Assembly: GCA_035541265.1 (NCBI GenBank)
Contig: DATKNQ010000141.1
Span: forward strand, 4,179 to 68,178
DNA: 64,000 nucleotides
Reading direction: 5' to 3'
Source: Bryobacteraceae bacterium
GTDB taxonomy: Bacteria; Acidobacteriota; Terriglobia; Bryobacterales; Bryobacteraceae
Below are positions 52,942 through 63,105 of the stretch, in pieces. Positions within the stretch are counted from its first letter, which is position 1, and each line of letters opens with the position of its first letter. The translations under genes were made by a program, and so were the position numbers. The notes beneath the pieces were generated by a model. That model made no database searches. It was given only the letters and a program-made list of their open reading frames with translations, and had not been told where the DNA came from.

Positions 52942-54408
52942 TCAATCCAGCCGGTGCGCCGTCCATAAGATCGCGTTGTGGACGAGCTTACGATAAGCCG
53001 GATCGCGCATGGTCGAATCGCTGTGGCCGAGTTGAATGTAGATCACGCGGGCCTTCAGTTGCGGTCCCACATAAACTACCGGCCGGTCGTTCAGGGAAAA
53101 ATCGGTCTCCATCAAAACCTGGATTTGCGGCGAGTGCCACATGCCGCGATAGGCTTCGTCGTGGACCACCAGCGGGGGCACGTCGCGCGTCACCGGGTGG
53201 GATTGCCCCAGAGCAGTGTGCGTCACGATCATATCAACGCCTTCCTGGTAGGCGGACACCGGGTGTCCCGGCTGATCCTTGACGAAAAACTCGCCGCCGG
53301 TGACTTTCTCCCACCACCAGGGCCAGCGCGTGTAATCAACGATGGCATGATGCAGGGATACGATCCCTTTGCCGGCTTCCACGAACTCACGCAGATTCTT
53401 GCGCAGAGCGGGTTCCAGGTCTTCCCACATATCGTGCAGCACAATCACGTCGAACCGCCTCGCCAGGCCGGCGGTGAATGCTTCGTCTGGGGAGGTGGCG
53501 TGCTCCCACGTTATATCGGGCTGGTTCTCGAAGAGCGTGTAAAAGGAAACCGGGTACGGATGCCCGCCCGTGACTGCCAGCACCCGCACTGCATCCTGGC
53601 CGCTCTTGCCCGGCACGATCCGTGCAGGCAGCGTCACTTGTTTGGTGGCGGCCCATTCGGCCGCGCGGGCAAACGCGGTGGTGAAGCCCGGCTGCGACAT
53701 CGCCGTCAGATCGTGGCCCAGCGTGAGATGGGCCCAGCGGCCGTTGCCGAACGCCCGGGTCCAGATGATCGGCTCATCCTTGCCCGTGCCTCCCGTTGCC
53801 GGATCGCTGAACGCCGTGGCGAGCACCTCGGTTCCCGGCAGCAGTTCCATCCGGTGGTACAACTCGTCGTTAGCCTGAAACTCCCGTTCGAGATCGCGGC
53901 TGATGGGGTGTTCGCGATTGGTCCACTTCACCGCGAAGACATGCCTTCTGCCATGGCCAATGTTCGCGGGCATCCACCGCGCGCCGATTAAAGCAGGATA
54001 GGCCGGCCAGCCCGCGTCCGGACCCGCGTTCCAGTGTCCAGCCTCAAACACCTGACCGTAAAAAGGGCCGTAAGTGACACCGTGAAACGAAACTACGCCT
54101 TTGCCGCCGGCGACGAAATCTTCCACCGCGCGCTCGCTCTCGATGCCCCAGCGCGGCCCCATGTAGTTGAGAACCAGCAGATCGAATGGCCTGAGAGTCT
54201 CCGCGGTGATGCCGCGCGGCTGTTCTTCCACCTTCACCACGAAACGGCCGGTGCTCTCCAGCAGACTGCGCAGGAACGGAGTGGAAACGCGCCAGTCGTG
54301 ATATTGCGTGTCGCTTTCCCCGGTCAGTATCAGGGTCTTGATGCGCGGCGGCGGAGATTGCGCCCACGCCAGCGCGCCAAGCAGGATCGTGATCGCCGCG
54401 GGTCTCAT
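52942..54408 (-). CDS. double ThuA-domain protein (two trehalose-utilisation-like domains fused), secreted
   Basis: ATG at 54408 (ATGA overlap with the upstream gene). Two ThuA-like halves: IKTLILTGESD...DLLVLNY...GKGVVSFHG and VRVLAVTGGH...DVIVLHDM...GKGIVSLHH. Confidence 0.8.
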   Translation of the reverse strand: MRPAAITILLGALAWAQSPPPRIKTLILTGESDTQYHDWRVSTPFLRSLLESTGRFVVKVEEQPRGITAETLRPFDLLVLNYMGPRWGIESERAVEDFVAGGKGVVSFHGVTYGPFYGQVFEAGHWNAGPDAGWPAYPALIGARWMPANIGHGRRHVFAVKWTNREHPISRDLEREFQANDELYHRMELLPGTEVLATAFSDPATGGTGKDEPIIWTRAFGNGRWAHLTLGHDLTAMSQPGFTTAFARAAEWAATKQVTLPARIVPGKSGQDAVRVLAVTGGHPYPVSFYTLFENQPDITWEHATSPDEAFTAGLARRFDVIVLHDMWEDLEPALRKNLREFVEAGKGIVSLHHAIVDYTRWPWWWEKVTGGEFFVKDQPGHPVSAYQEGVDMIVTHTALGQSHPVTRDVPPLVVHDEAYRGMWHSPQIQVLMETDFSLNDRPVVYVGPQLKARVIYIQLGHSDSTMRDPAYRKLVHNAILWTAHRLD

Positions 54409-55280
54409 CGAGCCGGAACCTGCGCTTCCACGGGCGCCACCACGCCGCGCAGCCATTCCAGGCTGCGCTCGATCATAGGTCCGCCCTGCCCCTCGCATTC
54501 GATACTCAGCACGCCATGGTAGCCCGCGCGAACCAGCATCTCGATACAGCGGACAATGTTCGCCGCGTTGATGCCATCGCCCAATGCGCAGTGGCTCACC
54601 GCGATGCCGGTCAACTCGCCCCGGGCAGCCGCAGCCAGGCTTTCGCTGACATCCTTGATGTGGACGTGGCTGACCTTCCGGATCAGCCGCTCCAGAAATG
54701 CCGGCGGATCCTGCCCTGCAATAAAGGTATTGCCGGTATCCATGTTCATGCGCAGGAATGGGGAATCGACGAACTCTAGCATCTCCGCCATGATCTCGGG
54801 ACGAGTCGTGAAATACCCGTGCGGCTCGATGTTGATGGTGATCTCGTAACCTTCCGCCACCGGTACGATGGCCCGATAAAGTCCGCGCATCATATCGAGT
54901 GCCTCGCGTTCGGTCATGCCCTTCGGCGGGAAGCGATCATCCGTGGTATCCACACGCGGGCAACCCGCCAGCTTGGCCCAGCGGATGGTGTGCAGGATAT
55001 ACTCGACACCCAGAGTGGCGCCCTGCGGCACGGAAAGGGGGAACGCGGCGTCGATTTGGGAGAATGCGATTTCCAGTTTCTCCATTTTCCGGTGCAATTC
55101 CAACGGGTCCTGCCACAGGGCTACGTGTGGCTGGTAGCCCAGCCCATGAATCCAGCTCACGCCATCGATCGCGCCACACTCGATATAGTGCAGGCTCTGG
55201 CGGTGTGCCCACTCCAGGCACTGATCGAAGCTCCAATAGCTGGAATTGAACGCATCCGTGTGAAATCCAATGGAGAGCAT
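54405..55280 (-). CDS. sugar phosphate isomerase/epimerase (xylose isomerase-like TIM barrel)
   Basis: AP_endonuc_2-like pattern: ITINIEPHG, MNMDTGN, VSHVHIKD. Confidence 0.8.
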   Translation of the reverse strand: MLSIGFHTDAFNSSYWSFDQCLEWAHRQSLHYIECGAIDGVSWIHGLGYQPHVALWQDPLELHRKMEKLEIAFSQIDAAFPLSVPQGATLGVEYILHTIRWAKLAGCPRVDTTDDRFPPKGMTEREALDMMRGLYRAIVPVAEGYEITINIEPHGYFTTRPEIMAEMLEFVDSPFLRMNMDTGNTFIAGQDPPAFLERLIRKVSHVHIKDVSESLAAAARGELTGIAVSHCALGDGINAANIVRCIEMLVRAGYHGVLSIECEGQGGPMIERSLEWLRGVVAPVEAQVPAR

Positions 55281-55396
55281 ACGCGTGACTCCAGGCTCAT
55301 TATAGCGGCTTTGCAGATTTAGAGGCCTACTTCTCTCTAATCCCGCGGCCGCTCAGCAGGAACAATAGAACGGATTCTCGAGCGACTCATTGGCGC

Positions 55397-57013
55397 CTAT
55401 TTGGAGGCAGCCTGCTGAGAGCCGGCGAAGCTTCTGGCGTGGGCGAGTTCGGGGCGGGCCGAGTCGTGGCCGTTGTTGGTGGATTTGAGCAGCGCCGCAT
55501 AATAGAACTGCGCCTTCGCCGGCTCACCCGCGGCCTCTGCAGCCCGGCCCGCGTTATAGAGCCCGTTCAGCCGGTTGGGGCTAAGCTTCAGCGCAACTTC
55601 GTACTCGTCCAGGGCCTGCTTTGGACGGCCGAACTCCAGCAGCATATCGGCGAGCATCTCGCGCGCTGGAATGTCTACTTCGGCCTGGCCCACCTTGTCC
55701 TGCAAATCGGCCGCCGTCCGCATGTTCGCCAGCGCCTCTTTCTCGTTGCCTTCCGCGAACGCGGTCCACGCCAGCACCTCGCCACGCTCGATCTTCGGAC
55801 CCGTCCCCTCGACCATGTATGCGTGTTTGCCTCTCTTGACCTCGGCCATCAACGCGTCGTACCGGGCGAGGTCGGCCCGCGCCTGCCCGGCGTTCCGCAG
55901 CCGTCCGTCGGCCACCACGCGCGCCCAGTACACCAGGGTCGCTATCTCCGGCGGCGACCCCGCCAACGGCTCCAACGCCGCGGCGGATTGCCAATCTCGC
56001 ATCTCCAGCGCATAGAACGCCGGCAGTTTCGTCCGATAGTACGGAATCATCCCAGCCATGCGGTCTGACCCCATGTCCGGCATCGACGCGATGGCCTTCA
56101 GCGCCATTGCGTTTTGTTCCAGCACCGACTTCGCGCGCGCATCCTGGCCGCTTTGCAGATAGGCATACAGCAGAAAGTCGTAGGAGTGCGGTTCATCCAT
56201 GATGCCGCTCAAGCCGCGCGCCTCGGCCGCTTGCGCCGCCGCCAGTGAGCCCAGTTGCGAGGCTATGTCCTGCCGCCACATCCCCAGCCGCGCATAAATA
56301 TGTCCGGGCATGTGGAAGGCGTGCGCGCCGGACTGCGCGATCTCGCCATAGTGGCCGGCCGCGGCCAGACCCTCGGCGGCCATCACCGGGTTGTCACAGG
56401 AGTGGATGATGTAGTGCACCACACCCGGATTGTCCGGATACCTTGCGAACAGCGGCTTGAGCACCGCCATCGCCTGACGCTCCTGTGCCACACTCGAATC
56501 GTCCGGCGCCTTGGCGGCCAGCAGTGACAACGCGTAGAAGGCGCCCGCGTCCACGTCGTCCGGATATTCGGCGTACACTTTGGCCATCGCCGCCGAGTAG
56601 GCTGCTACGCGGGCCGGATATTTCTCCGCGCCCGGATGATAGAAACCGGCCAACGCCGCAATGTAAGCGCGCTCGCGGGCGGTGCCGGCGTGCAAGGATT
56701 GCGCTTTGCGCATCTCGGCCCATCCGAGCTTCATGCTCTCCGCGTCGGGGCGGCCCCAGATTTGGTGAAAGAAGCTCATGGCCACGCCCCAGTGCGCCAT
56801 CGTGCAGCCCGGGTCGCTCTTCGCCAGGCGCTGGAACTGGGCGCGCGCCTCTTCGTACCAAAAGTCGTGTAGCAGAGCGACGCCGCGGTCGAATGGTTGC
56901 GATGGCGGCGCGCAGGAGACCGGAAACCGGACCGTGCCCAGCCGTTCCGCAGCCGGCTGTGCTGCCACCGGGATCGCCATCAGCATAGCCAGGAGGGGTA
57001 CCAGTGTTTTCAT
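55397..57013 (-). CDS. secreted TPR-repeat protein
   Basis: Signal peptide MKTLVPLLAMLMAIPVAAQ. TPR-like helical repeats through the C-terminus. Confidence 0.7.
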   Translation of the reverse strand: MKTLVPLLAMLMAIPVAAQPAAERLGTVRFPVSCAPPSQPFDRGVALLHDFWYEEARAQFQRLAKSDPGCTMAHWGVAMSFFHQIWGRPDAESMKLGWAEMRKAQSLHAGTARERAYIAALAGFYHPGAEKYPARVAAYSAAMAKVYAEYPDDVDAGAFYALSLLAAKAPDDSSVAQERQAMAVLKPLFARYPDNPGVVHYIIHSCDNPVMAAEGLAAAGHYGEIAQSGAHAFHMPGHIYARLGMWRQDIASQLGSLAAAQAAEARGLSGIMDEPHSYDFLLYAYLQSGQDARAKSVLEQNAMALKAIASMPDMGSDRMAGMIPYYRTKLPAFYALEMRDWQSAAALEPLAGSPPEIATLVYWARVVADGRLRNAGQARADLARYDALMAEVKRGKHAYMVEGTGPKIERGEVLAWTAFAEGNEKEALANMRTAADLQDKVGQAEVDIPAREMLADMLLEFGRPKQALDEYEVALKLSPNRLNGLYNAGRAAEAAGEPAKAQFYYAALLKSTNNGHDSARPELAHARSFAGSQQAASK

Positions 57014-57272
57014 CGTGGATCAGTATATCAGTTGCGCCATCCGCGGCAGGCTGAACGATCGATCCCACGCACGCTACGAGACGGCCGAACACCTGCTGCG
57101 GCAGTCGCGAGTGCCTACTTAGTTAGTCCATACTTCGTCCTCTGGGGAGACGTAGAACATCGGTTCCTCGACCTAAGCGGGCAGCGTCTTGCTGGTGTAG
57201 AGAAGTCCCGGACTGTTAAAGCGAGCTCGCTGAATCGTGTACAATCCACCAGCCAGTTACAGCCTGGTTAGT

Positions 57273-58661
57273 CTAGAACACGTTGTAATTAAGCATCACA
57301 TAGGGGTAGGTGTAAGACCGCGCGTGATGCGTGCGCAGCAGGAAGTCACCCGACTGGATGTAGCCGACACCCGCGCCGAGTTCCAGATTCCGATTGAGCC
57401 GGTATGACGCCTGGACGTCAAACTCGTGGCCGATGTGCGTGCCCGACTTGCCCGTCGGATCGCGCGCCACAACCGTGCCGGAGGCGCTGTAGAAAGCATC
57501 GTTGGGGCTGGCCAGCCACCAGTCGTTGTACGCGCCGGCCAGCATCCAATTGCGCCGCAGCGAGATTCGTGCGCCCGTACGGTAAGACTTCAGGTTCTGC
57601 CAGGCGATCTGGTCAGCCAGGCCGTGATGGTCGTGGATATTGGGATAGAGCTGATCGAACGTTCCGTGTACGCCGTCTCTCGGGTTCCTGTCACCCGATG
57701 CGAAATCATATTTCACGAACACGCGCGGCTTGAAGCGGTTCGAGCGAAAGGTGTACCCGGCTATGCCACTCCAGGCCCAAGCCCGAATCTGGTCCGGGCC
57801 GATATCTCCGAATTGGCCTACGGTTTCCAAGTCGTAATCGAATGGGCGCGCCGTACCCGCCCAGCGGACGCCGGTGGTCTTCTCGTCGAGCTTGGCCAGG
57901 TGGCCTTCTTCGGTTTTGATGCCGGGTGTCAGCCGCCAGAGCACATACGGCTCAATGGTCGACGATGGAATCCAGTTCTTCAGCGCGGTGTAGATGCCGT
58001 CGAAGTTGTTTCCCGGCTGGTGGTGGCTGAGCCCGTTATCACCGTTGATGACCGGCGCGGCGGCAAATATGTTCACGCGGACCGAGTTGTGTTTCACAGC
58101 CAGCATGGCGGCGTCGTAGCCGCGCGAAGCGTTGCGCCAGTAGGCGGTGCCCACCAGGCGCATGTGGCCAAATGCCAGATCCTGACGGCCTACCCGCAAG
58201 CTGATGGGACCTTCGTCGAGATCTCCGAAGTCGACATAAGCGCGTCGCAGATCCCAAGTGCTTTGATAAGGCGGCCCCAACACCCCCTTCTTCCAAAACG
58301 CATCGGCATCCTGCAGTTCCACGAATGTTTTCATCCAATGGGTGGGCTTGATCAGCATTCCCAGACGGAACCGCGTCAGCAAGTACGTATCGGAGTTTCC
58401 GGGCTGGAAACCTCCAGCGCTGTAAGACTCCAGGCGGGTGCGATATCCGGCAGTGAAACACACCCAATCGGGTAGTTTCTCGTTCATCTCCGCGATTGGT
58501 GAGAATCGGGCGGCGGGAACATCCTCATCCACCGGCCGGTTGGCGCTGACCCGGCTGCCGCCCGGATTGTCCACGATGCATTGCGCCGCGGCGGGAACGG
58601 CCGCGGCAAGCATCGAGAGGAGCATCGCCCAATGTGAGACCCCTACGAAGCTTCTCGTCAT
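57273..58661 (-). CDS. alginate-export-family outer membrane beta-barrel (AlgE-like porin)
   Basis: ATG at 58661 (ATGA overlap with the tauE-like stop). Signal peptide. GYRTRLESY...YLLTRFRLG...FVELQDA pattern. C-terminal ..MLNYNVF beta-signal. Confidence 0.7.
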   Translation of the reverse strand: MTRSFVGVSHWAMLLSMLAAAVPAAAQCIVDNPGGSRVSANRPVDEDVPAARFSPIAEMNEKLPDWVCFTAGYRTRLESYSAGGFQPGNSDTYLLTRFRLGMLIKPTHWMKTFVELQDADAFWKKGVLGPPYQSTWDLRRAYVDFGDLDEGPISLRVGRQDLAFGHMRLVGTAYWRNASRGYDAAMLAVKHNSVRVNIFAAAPVINGDNGLSHHQPGNNFDGIYTALKNWIPSSTIEPYVLWRLTPGIKTEEGHLAKLDEKTTGVRWAGTARPFDYDLETVGQFGDIGPDQIRAWAWSGIAGYTFRSNRFKPRVFVKYDFASGDRNPRDGVHGTFDQLYPNIHDHHGLADQIAWQNLKSYRTGARISLRRNWMLAGAYNDWWLASPNDAFYSASGTVVARDPTGKSGTHIGHEFDVQASYRLNRNLELGAGVGYIQSGDFLLRTHHARSYTYPYVMLNYNVF

Positions 58662-59479
58662 ATCATCAAGAACCCGATAACGTAAGTGAGGGCCAAGCCT
58701 GTCACCAGAACTCCGAGAACGCCCCGGATCCAGCGCTCGGGCAAGCGCTTCTGAAGCCGTGCGCCCAAATAGCCGCCGGCCAGGCCGCCCACGCCAAACA
58801 GAAGACCCAAGGCCCAATCGGGCCGTACGGCCGTGCTAGCGGCGAGGGCCGTCCGGCTGAACACCTCGAAGGAGGCGACACCCACCGCCGAAGTCGCCCA
58901 TGTGCCAAGCAATGCCGCGCCCGCAATCGCGCGGGCGGGCAGCCGTAAGACCGTCATGGCAAATGGCGCGATCATGGCCCCACCGCCTACTCCGTAAATT
59001 CCGCCAACGATTCCGGCAATCAATGCCGCGGCCATCAGCGGGCGGCGATGGAACGCGGGGACTCCATCGGGATTCGCGGTCGGTGAGGGCGCCGTGTGGA
59101 CCAGGAGGCGAACACCAAGGTAAAGCAGTACACATCCAACGAAGAGTTTTGCGTAGCGTGGGCCGGGCAGGAAGCGAATGCGGATGATGGCTCCCAGGAA
59201 AACGCCGGGCAGAGTTCCGGCCATGACGGCCCACGCCACGTCCCAGGCCATGCGGCGCTCACGAATATACTGCGCAATGGCGCCGGGCGTGGCAACCAGG
59301 TTATAGATCAGATTCGTGGGCGTGACCGCGGGGGTCACGAAACCGAGCACGCTGATCTGAAAGGGCAGGAGCAAAAAGGCCCCTGAGATCCCAGCCGGAG
59401 CTGTCAACAAGGCCACCAGAAACGCGGCGGCCGGCGGGAGCCAGAATGAGCACTCGACCCCCGAAACGGGAAAACGCAT
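58658..59479 (-). CDS. TauE/SafE family sulfite/anion exporter (full length)
   Basis: 273 aa, about 8 TM segments, two internal repeats with GGIYGVGGGAMIAP-type motifs. Confidence 0.85.
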   Translation of the reverse strand: MRFPVSGVECSFWLPPAAAFLVALLTAPAGISGAFLLLPFQISVLGFVTPAVTPTNLIYNLVATPGAIAQYIRERRMAWDVAWAVMAGTLPGVFLGAIIRIRFLPGPRYAKLFVGCVLLYLGVRLLVHTAPSPTANPDGVPAFHRRPLMAAALIAGIVGGIYGVGGGAMIAPFAMTVLRLPARAIAGAALLGTWATSAVGVASFEVFSRTALAASTAVRPDWALGLLFGVGGLAGGYLGARLQKRLPERWIRGVLGVLVTGLALTYVIGFLMI

Positions 59480-59492
59480 GCGGGCCTCGCGC

Positions 59493-59735
59493 TTAAGTGC
59501 GAAAGAACGCGCCGCTAGCCCACATCAACACCACAAGCAGGAAGACGCCGAGCAGGATGCTCCAGAGGACCAACTTCTTCTCGATCGGCAGCAGCGGCTC
59601 GTATGGCATCTTTTGAAGCTCTTCGGCGAGTTTCGGCTGCTCCGCAGCCTTGGGTGGCGCGGCCGGCGCGGTTTGTGGCGCCGGTTTCGGCACATCGGCC
59701 GTGCTCACCCTCTCGGCAACCGGGGTGTGTTTCAT
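59493..59735 (-). CDS. small membrane protein (80 aa, Pro/Ala-rich N-terminus, C-terminal TM)
   Basis: ATG at 59735 preceded by TAAGGA. Lies 11 nt after the upstream stop and 13 nt before the tauE-like start. Confidence 0.5.
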   Translation of the reverse strand: MKHTPVAERVSTADVPKPAPQTAPAAPPKAAEQPKLAEELQKMPYEPLLPIEKKLVLWSILLGVFLLVVLMWASGAFFRT

Positions 59736-59746
59736 ATATGTGATCC

Positions 59747-61177
59747 TTAAGCGACGGGCGGCTGGATACCGTGGAAGAAGATCCAGGAAATAGCCAGGCC
59801 GATCCAGACAATGAAACCGAACAGGCTGAGTACATAAACCAGGGCGAGCTTTCCGATACCTTCCTGCCACAGTCTGCGAAAATCGGAGACCACGCCGATG
59901 GTGAAAAAGGTCATTACGAAGAAGATGCCGCGGAATACGTTGGCTTGCGACATGGCGGCTTTGACCTTGGGAACGAGGTGCGGCATCGACAGACCGATCG
60001 CCGCGATGATGGCGAAGGTCGCCACATAGCCGAGCACGAATTTGGGAAAGCGCTGCCAGATCTCAACGGCTTTCACCTTTTCCCCGCGTTGAGGTTCGAT
60101 CTTGGCGGACCAGATCCAGGCCAGCACGAACGCCCAGATCCCGATGAAGATATCGATGAAGACTTTGACGGTAGTGCTGACGCCCATGATCCATCCGGGC
60201 TTGTAATGAATACCGTAGTCGGCCAGCGCTTTGGCGCGAATCAAGGCATCGGTTACGGCGCCGCTGGTGACCGCCGCGCCATCGGTCTTCACCGCCAGGC
60301 CCATCCAGGCTCCGGCAACCATCGGTTGATGCGAGAGGAAGGTCTGCGCCACAAACGGCAGGAAAAGCAACTCGATCACGGCGAAGATGACGACCAGCGA
60401 GGAGACCATCACGGGAACGACCGGCCGCGCCCGGATCGCCGATCCGGTGGCGATGGCGGCCGACACACCGCAGATCGAGATGCCGGATGCCAGCGGCGCC
60501 GCCCACTCGCGGCTGAACTTGAAGAAGCGGCGCGCGACGTAGTACACCACGGCCCAATAAATCAGGTAAGCCACCACGATCGCGGACAGGCCGCTGAACA
60601 TGATGGAGGTGGCCAGGCCGAGCTGCTCAGCCGCGGTCACGCCGAGGAAACCGCCCAGGATGACGATGGCGGTCTTGATGTATAACTCCGGCCGGATTGC
60701 CTCCTTCATGCGCGCGGCTGCGACAGGCAGAAAGTTGCCCACGAAGAGCCCGGCGATCAAGGCGACGATGTAACCGGCTTCATTGGTCAAGTTGAGCGAC
60801 CAACCGATGTGGAAGGCCGCGCGTTTATCGGGAGTGGCGGCGATGTAGGCCCAACTTCCGATCATCCACGAGAGATAAGCGGCGCAGAAGACCGCGGTGA
60901 AACCTTTTGCGAATCGCCACAGGTCCAGGTGCAGCGTCCTGGCCCCGAGGGTCATGAGCGCCAGGAGAAACACGTAAGTCGCCAGCAGCGACAGTAGCCC
61001 CGGCAGCCCGGCATAGTGCTTCGAGGCAGGCCCCAGCGCTTTCGCGGGGCTGGTCCAGACATTGGTTGAGACAGCCCAACCGAGGGCGTCTAAACCGAAA
61101 AAGCTCGCGAGCGACAACGCGAAGATGAACAAGCCGAGCCAGACGGACAGCCAGTCTTCGTTGAACGCTTTTTTCAC
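59747..61177 (-). CDS. YeiH/UPF0324-family putative sulfate exporter-type transporter
   Basis: 476 aa polytopic protein. SGISICGVSAAIATG motif typical of the family. GTG start overlaps the dsrP-like stop (GTGA). Confidence 0.75.
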   Translation of the reverse strand: MKKAFNEDWLSVWLGLFIFALSLASFFGLDALGWAVSTNVWTSPAKALGPASKHYAGLPGLLSLLATYVFLLALMTLGARTLHLDLWRFAKGFTAVFCAAYLSWMIGSWAYIAATPDKRAAFHIGWSLNLTNEAGYIVALIAGLFVGNFLPVAAARMKEAIRPELYIKTAIVILGGFLGVTAAEQLGLATSIMFSGLSAIVVAYLIYWAVVYYVARRFFKFSREWAAPLASGISICGVSAAIATGSAIRARPVVPVMVSSLVVIFAVIELLFLPFVAQTFLSHQPMVAGAWMGLAVKTDGAAVTSGAVTDALIRAKALADYGIHYKPGWIMGVSTTVKVFIDIFIGIWAFVLAWIWSAKIEPQRGEKVKAVEIWQRFPKFVLGYVATFAIIAAIGLSMPHLVPKVKAAMSQANVFRGIFFVMTFFTIGVVSDFRRLWQEGIGKLALVYVLSLFGFIVWIGLAISWIFFHGIQPPVA

Positions 61178-62373
61178 GTGAGCACTTCAGCTTTCGCGGA
61201 GGGCGTGGGGGAGAAGAGCACGCCCTCCCGGACAGAGAAAGCGATCTTATACAGCACCGTCAGAATCAGCGCGCCCACCGCCCAGATCCCCAGCGTGATG
61301 AGGATCTCCGGCAGGGAGGGCGAATATTCGGTCACCGCGCCAAAGGGCGAGGGGATAAATCCAGCTACGATCAGGCCGATGCCTTTGTCGATCCAGAGCG
61401 ACACGAACACCATACCGCAGGCCGCGGCGAGCAGCGTATCGTGATGGCGGTATCGCGGCACCAGCAGCAGGACGAGAGAGACGGCGGCCAGAAGCATCGA
61501 AACCCACATCCAGGGCGCAAGGCGCGCGTGCCCGCCCAAGCCCGCGAACATGTAGCGCAGCGATTCGGTGTGCTCGGGGATGTGGCTGTAGAACGCGGTG
61601 AAGAATTCCATCAGCACGAAGAACACGCTGATCACCATGGCGTAGGTCACGATCGTGGCCAGCTTCTGAATCGGTTCCCGCGGGCTCGGCAAATGGTTCA
61701 CCTTGGCGATGATCATCGCCAGCAGGATCAGCAAGGCGGGGCCGGAGGCAAACGCGGAGGCCAGAAAGCGCGGCGCCAGGATGGCGGTGAGCCACAGGCT
61801 CCTGCCGGGGAGACCGTTATAAAGGAACGCCGTAACGGTATGGATGCTGACGGCCCAGGGTACGGATAAGAAGATGACGGCTGTGATCCAGACCGGCGGC
61901 GCCACACTCTCGCGTTCGGCGCGCAGAGTGGTGAACGCGATCACCGCATTCAACACCAGATAGCCTGCCAGAGAGATCATATCCCAGAACATGAGGGAGT
62001 GGGGCGTGGGATAAAGCAGCACATTGAATACACGCGTGGGCTGGCCCATGTCGACAAAGATGAAGAGCATGCACATGGTCACGGCCGCAATGGCCAGAAA
62101 TTCGCCCAGGATGGTGAGGCGGGCGAAGGCCTTCACGTGGTGTATGTAGTAGGGCAGCACGACCATGACGGCGGACGCCGCTACGCCCACCAGAAACGTG
62201 AACTGGGCGATGTACAGGCCCCAGGTGACGTCGCGGCTGAGGCCGGTGATTCCGAGGCCGTAGTCCAATTGGCGCCGGTAGGCCAGAAGACCGGCAAGCA
62301 TCACCGCGAACAGGCAGGCGAGCCATATCCAGTACCTGCGGCTGCCGGTGAGCGCCTTTTCAAACATCAGCAT
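61174..62373 (-). CDS. dsrP: NrfD/PsrC-family integral membrane quinone-interacting subunit, DsrP-like
   Basis: 399 aa, about 10 TM segments, NrfD-like N-terminus (DVTWGLYIAQFTFLVG). Position after the dsrO-like gene. Confidence 0.8.
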   Translation of the reverse strand: MLMFEKALTGSRRYWIWLACLFAVMLAGLLAYRRQLDYGLGITGLSRDVTWGLYIAQFTFLVGVAASAVMVVLPYYIHHVKAFARLTILGEFLAIAAVTMCMLFIFVDMGQPTRVFNVLLYPTPHSLMFWDMISLAGYLVLNAVIAFTTLRAERESVAPPVWITAVIFLSVPWAVSIHTVTAFLYNGLPGRSLWLTAILAPRFLASAFASGPALLILLAMIIAKVNHLPSPREPIQKLATIVTYAMVISVFFVLMEFFTAFYSHIPEHTESLRYMFAGLGGHARLAPWMWVSMLLAAVSLVLLLVPRYRHHDTLLAAACGMVFVSLWIDKGIGLIVAGFIPSPFGAVTEYSPSLPEILITLGIWAVGALILTVLYKIAFSVREGVLFSPTPSAKAEVLT

Positions 62374-62382
62374 GGCGGAACC

Positions 62383-63105
62383 TCATACGATGTAGAACAC
62401 CTGGGGCTGGGTACCTAGTTCGGGCTTCCGCCGCATATGCCGGCGGGAGGCCAGCAGTTGGCGGATCTCCGAATGCGGGTCGGCCAGGTTGCCGAATACC
62501 AGCGCCTTCTCGGGACACACCGCGACGCAAGCTGGCGGCTGTCCAACGGCCAGCCGCTCGGAACAGAAATTGCATTTTTCTACCACGCCCTTGGTACGCG
62601 TCGGAAAATCCGGGTTGGGCTGGTGAATGTACGCGCGCGGGTCCTGCCAGTTGAAGCTGCGCGAACCGTAAGGGCAAGCGGCCATGCAATAGCGGCAGCC
62701 GATGCAGCGGTGATAATCCATTTCCACAATGCCGTCGTCACGCTTGAAAGTAGCCTGCGTGGGACAGACGCGCACACAGGGCGGATCGTCGCAGTGATTG
62801 CAGAGCACCATCACGGGCGCCGCGCGCAGCGGCGAATAGTCGTCGACCTGGTTCAGGAAGGCGCGGTCGAACGGCTCTTTCCAGATCCATTTGACGGTGT
62901 GCCGCGGATCCGGCAATTGCGGCACATTGTGCGCGTGATTGCACGCCTCGATGCACTTGGTGCAGTCCGGCTGCTTCAGACATTTGGCGGTATCGATGGC
63001 CATGCCCCAACGCGTGCGGCCGGCCGCGGCGGCCAATTTCCGGAACGTCAGCCCGACGCACCCGAGCCCGCTCAGCCGCAGGAAGTCCTTACGTGAGATC
63101 TTCAT
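62383..63105 (-). CDS. dsrO: periplasmic 4x[4Fe-4S] ferredoxin-like subunit with Tat-type signal, DsrO-like
   Basis: ATG at 63105 with a GAGGAG RBS. SRKDFLRLSG signal. Cluster motifs CNHCDDPPCVRVCP, CIGCRYCMAACP, CNFC...CVAVCP. Confidence 0.85.
   Translation of the reverse strand: MKISRKDFLRLSGLGCVGLTFRKLAAAAGRTRWGMAIDTAKCLKQPDCTKCIEACNHAHNVPQLPDPRHTVKWIWKEPFDRAFLNQVDDYSPLRAAPVMVLCNHCDDPPCVRVCPTQATFKRDDGIVEMDYHRCIGCRYCMAACPYGSRSFNWQDPRAYIHQPNPDFPTRTKGVVEKCNFCSERLAVGQPPACVAVCPEKALVFGNLADPHSEIRQLLASRRHMRRKPELGTQPQVFYIV

Noticed and set aside
57014-57272. Spacer between the TPR gene and the porin gene, with short frames such as AIRGRLNDRSHARYETAEHLLRQS and MFYVSPEDEVWTN
   Set aside because: The fragments are too short and unanchored to assign to any family, so they are possible relics but not supportable.
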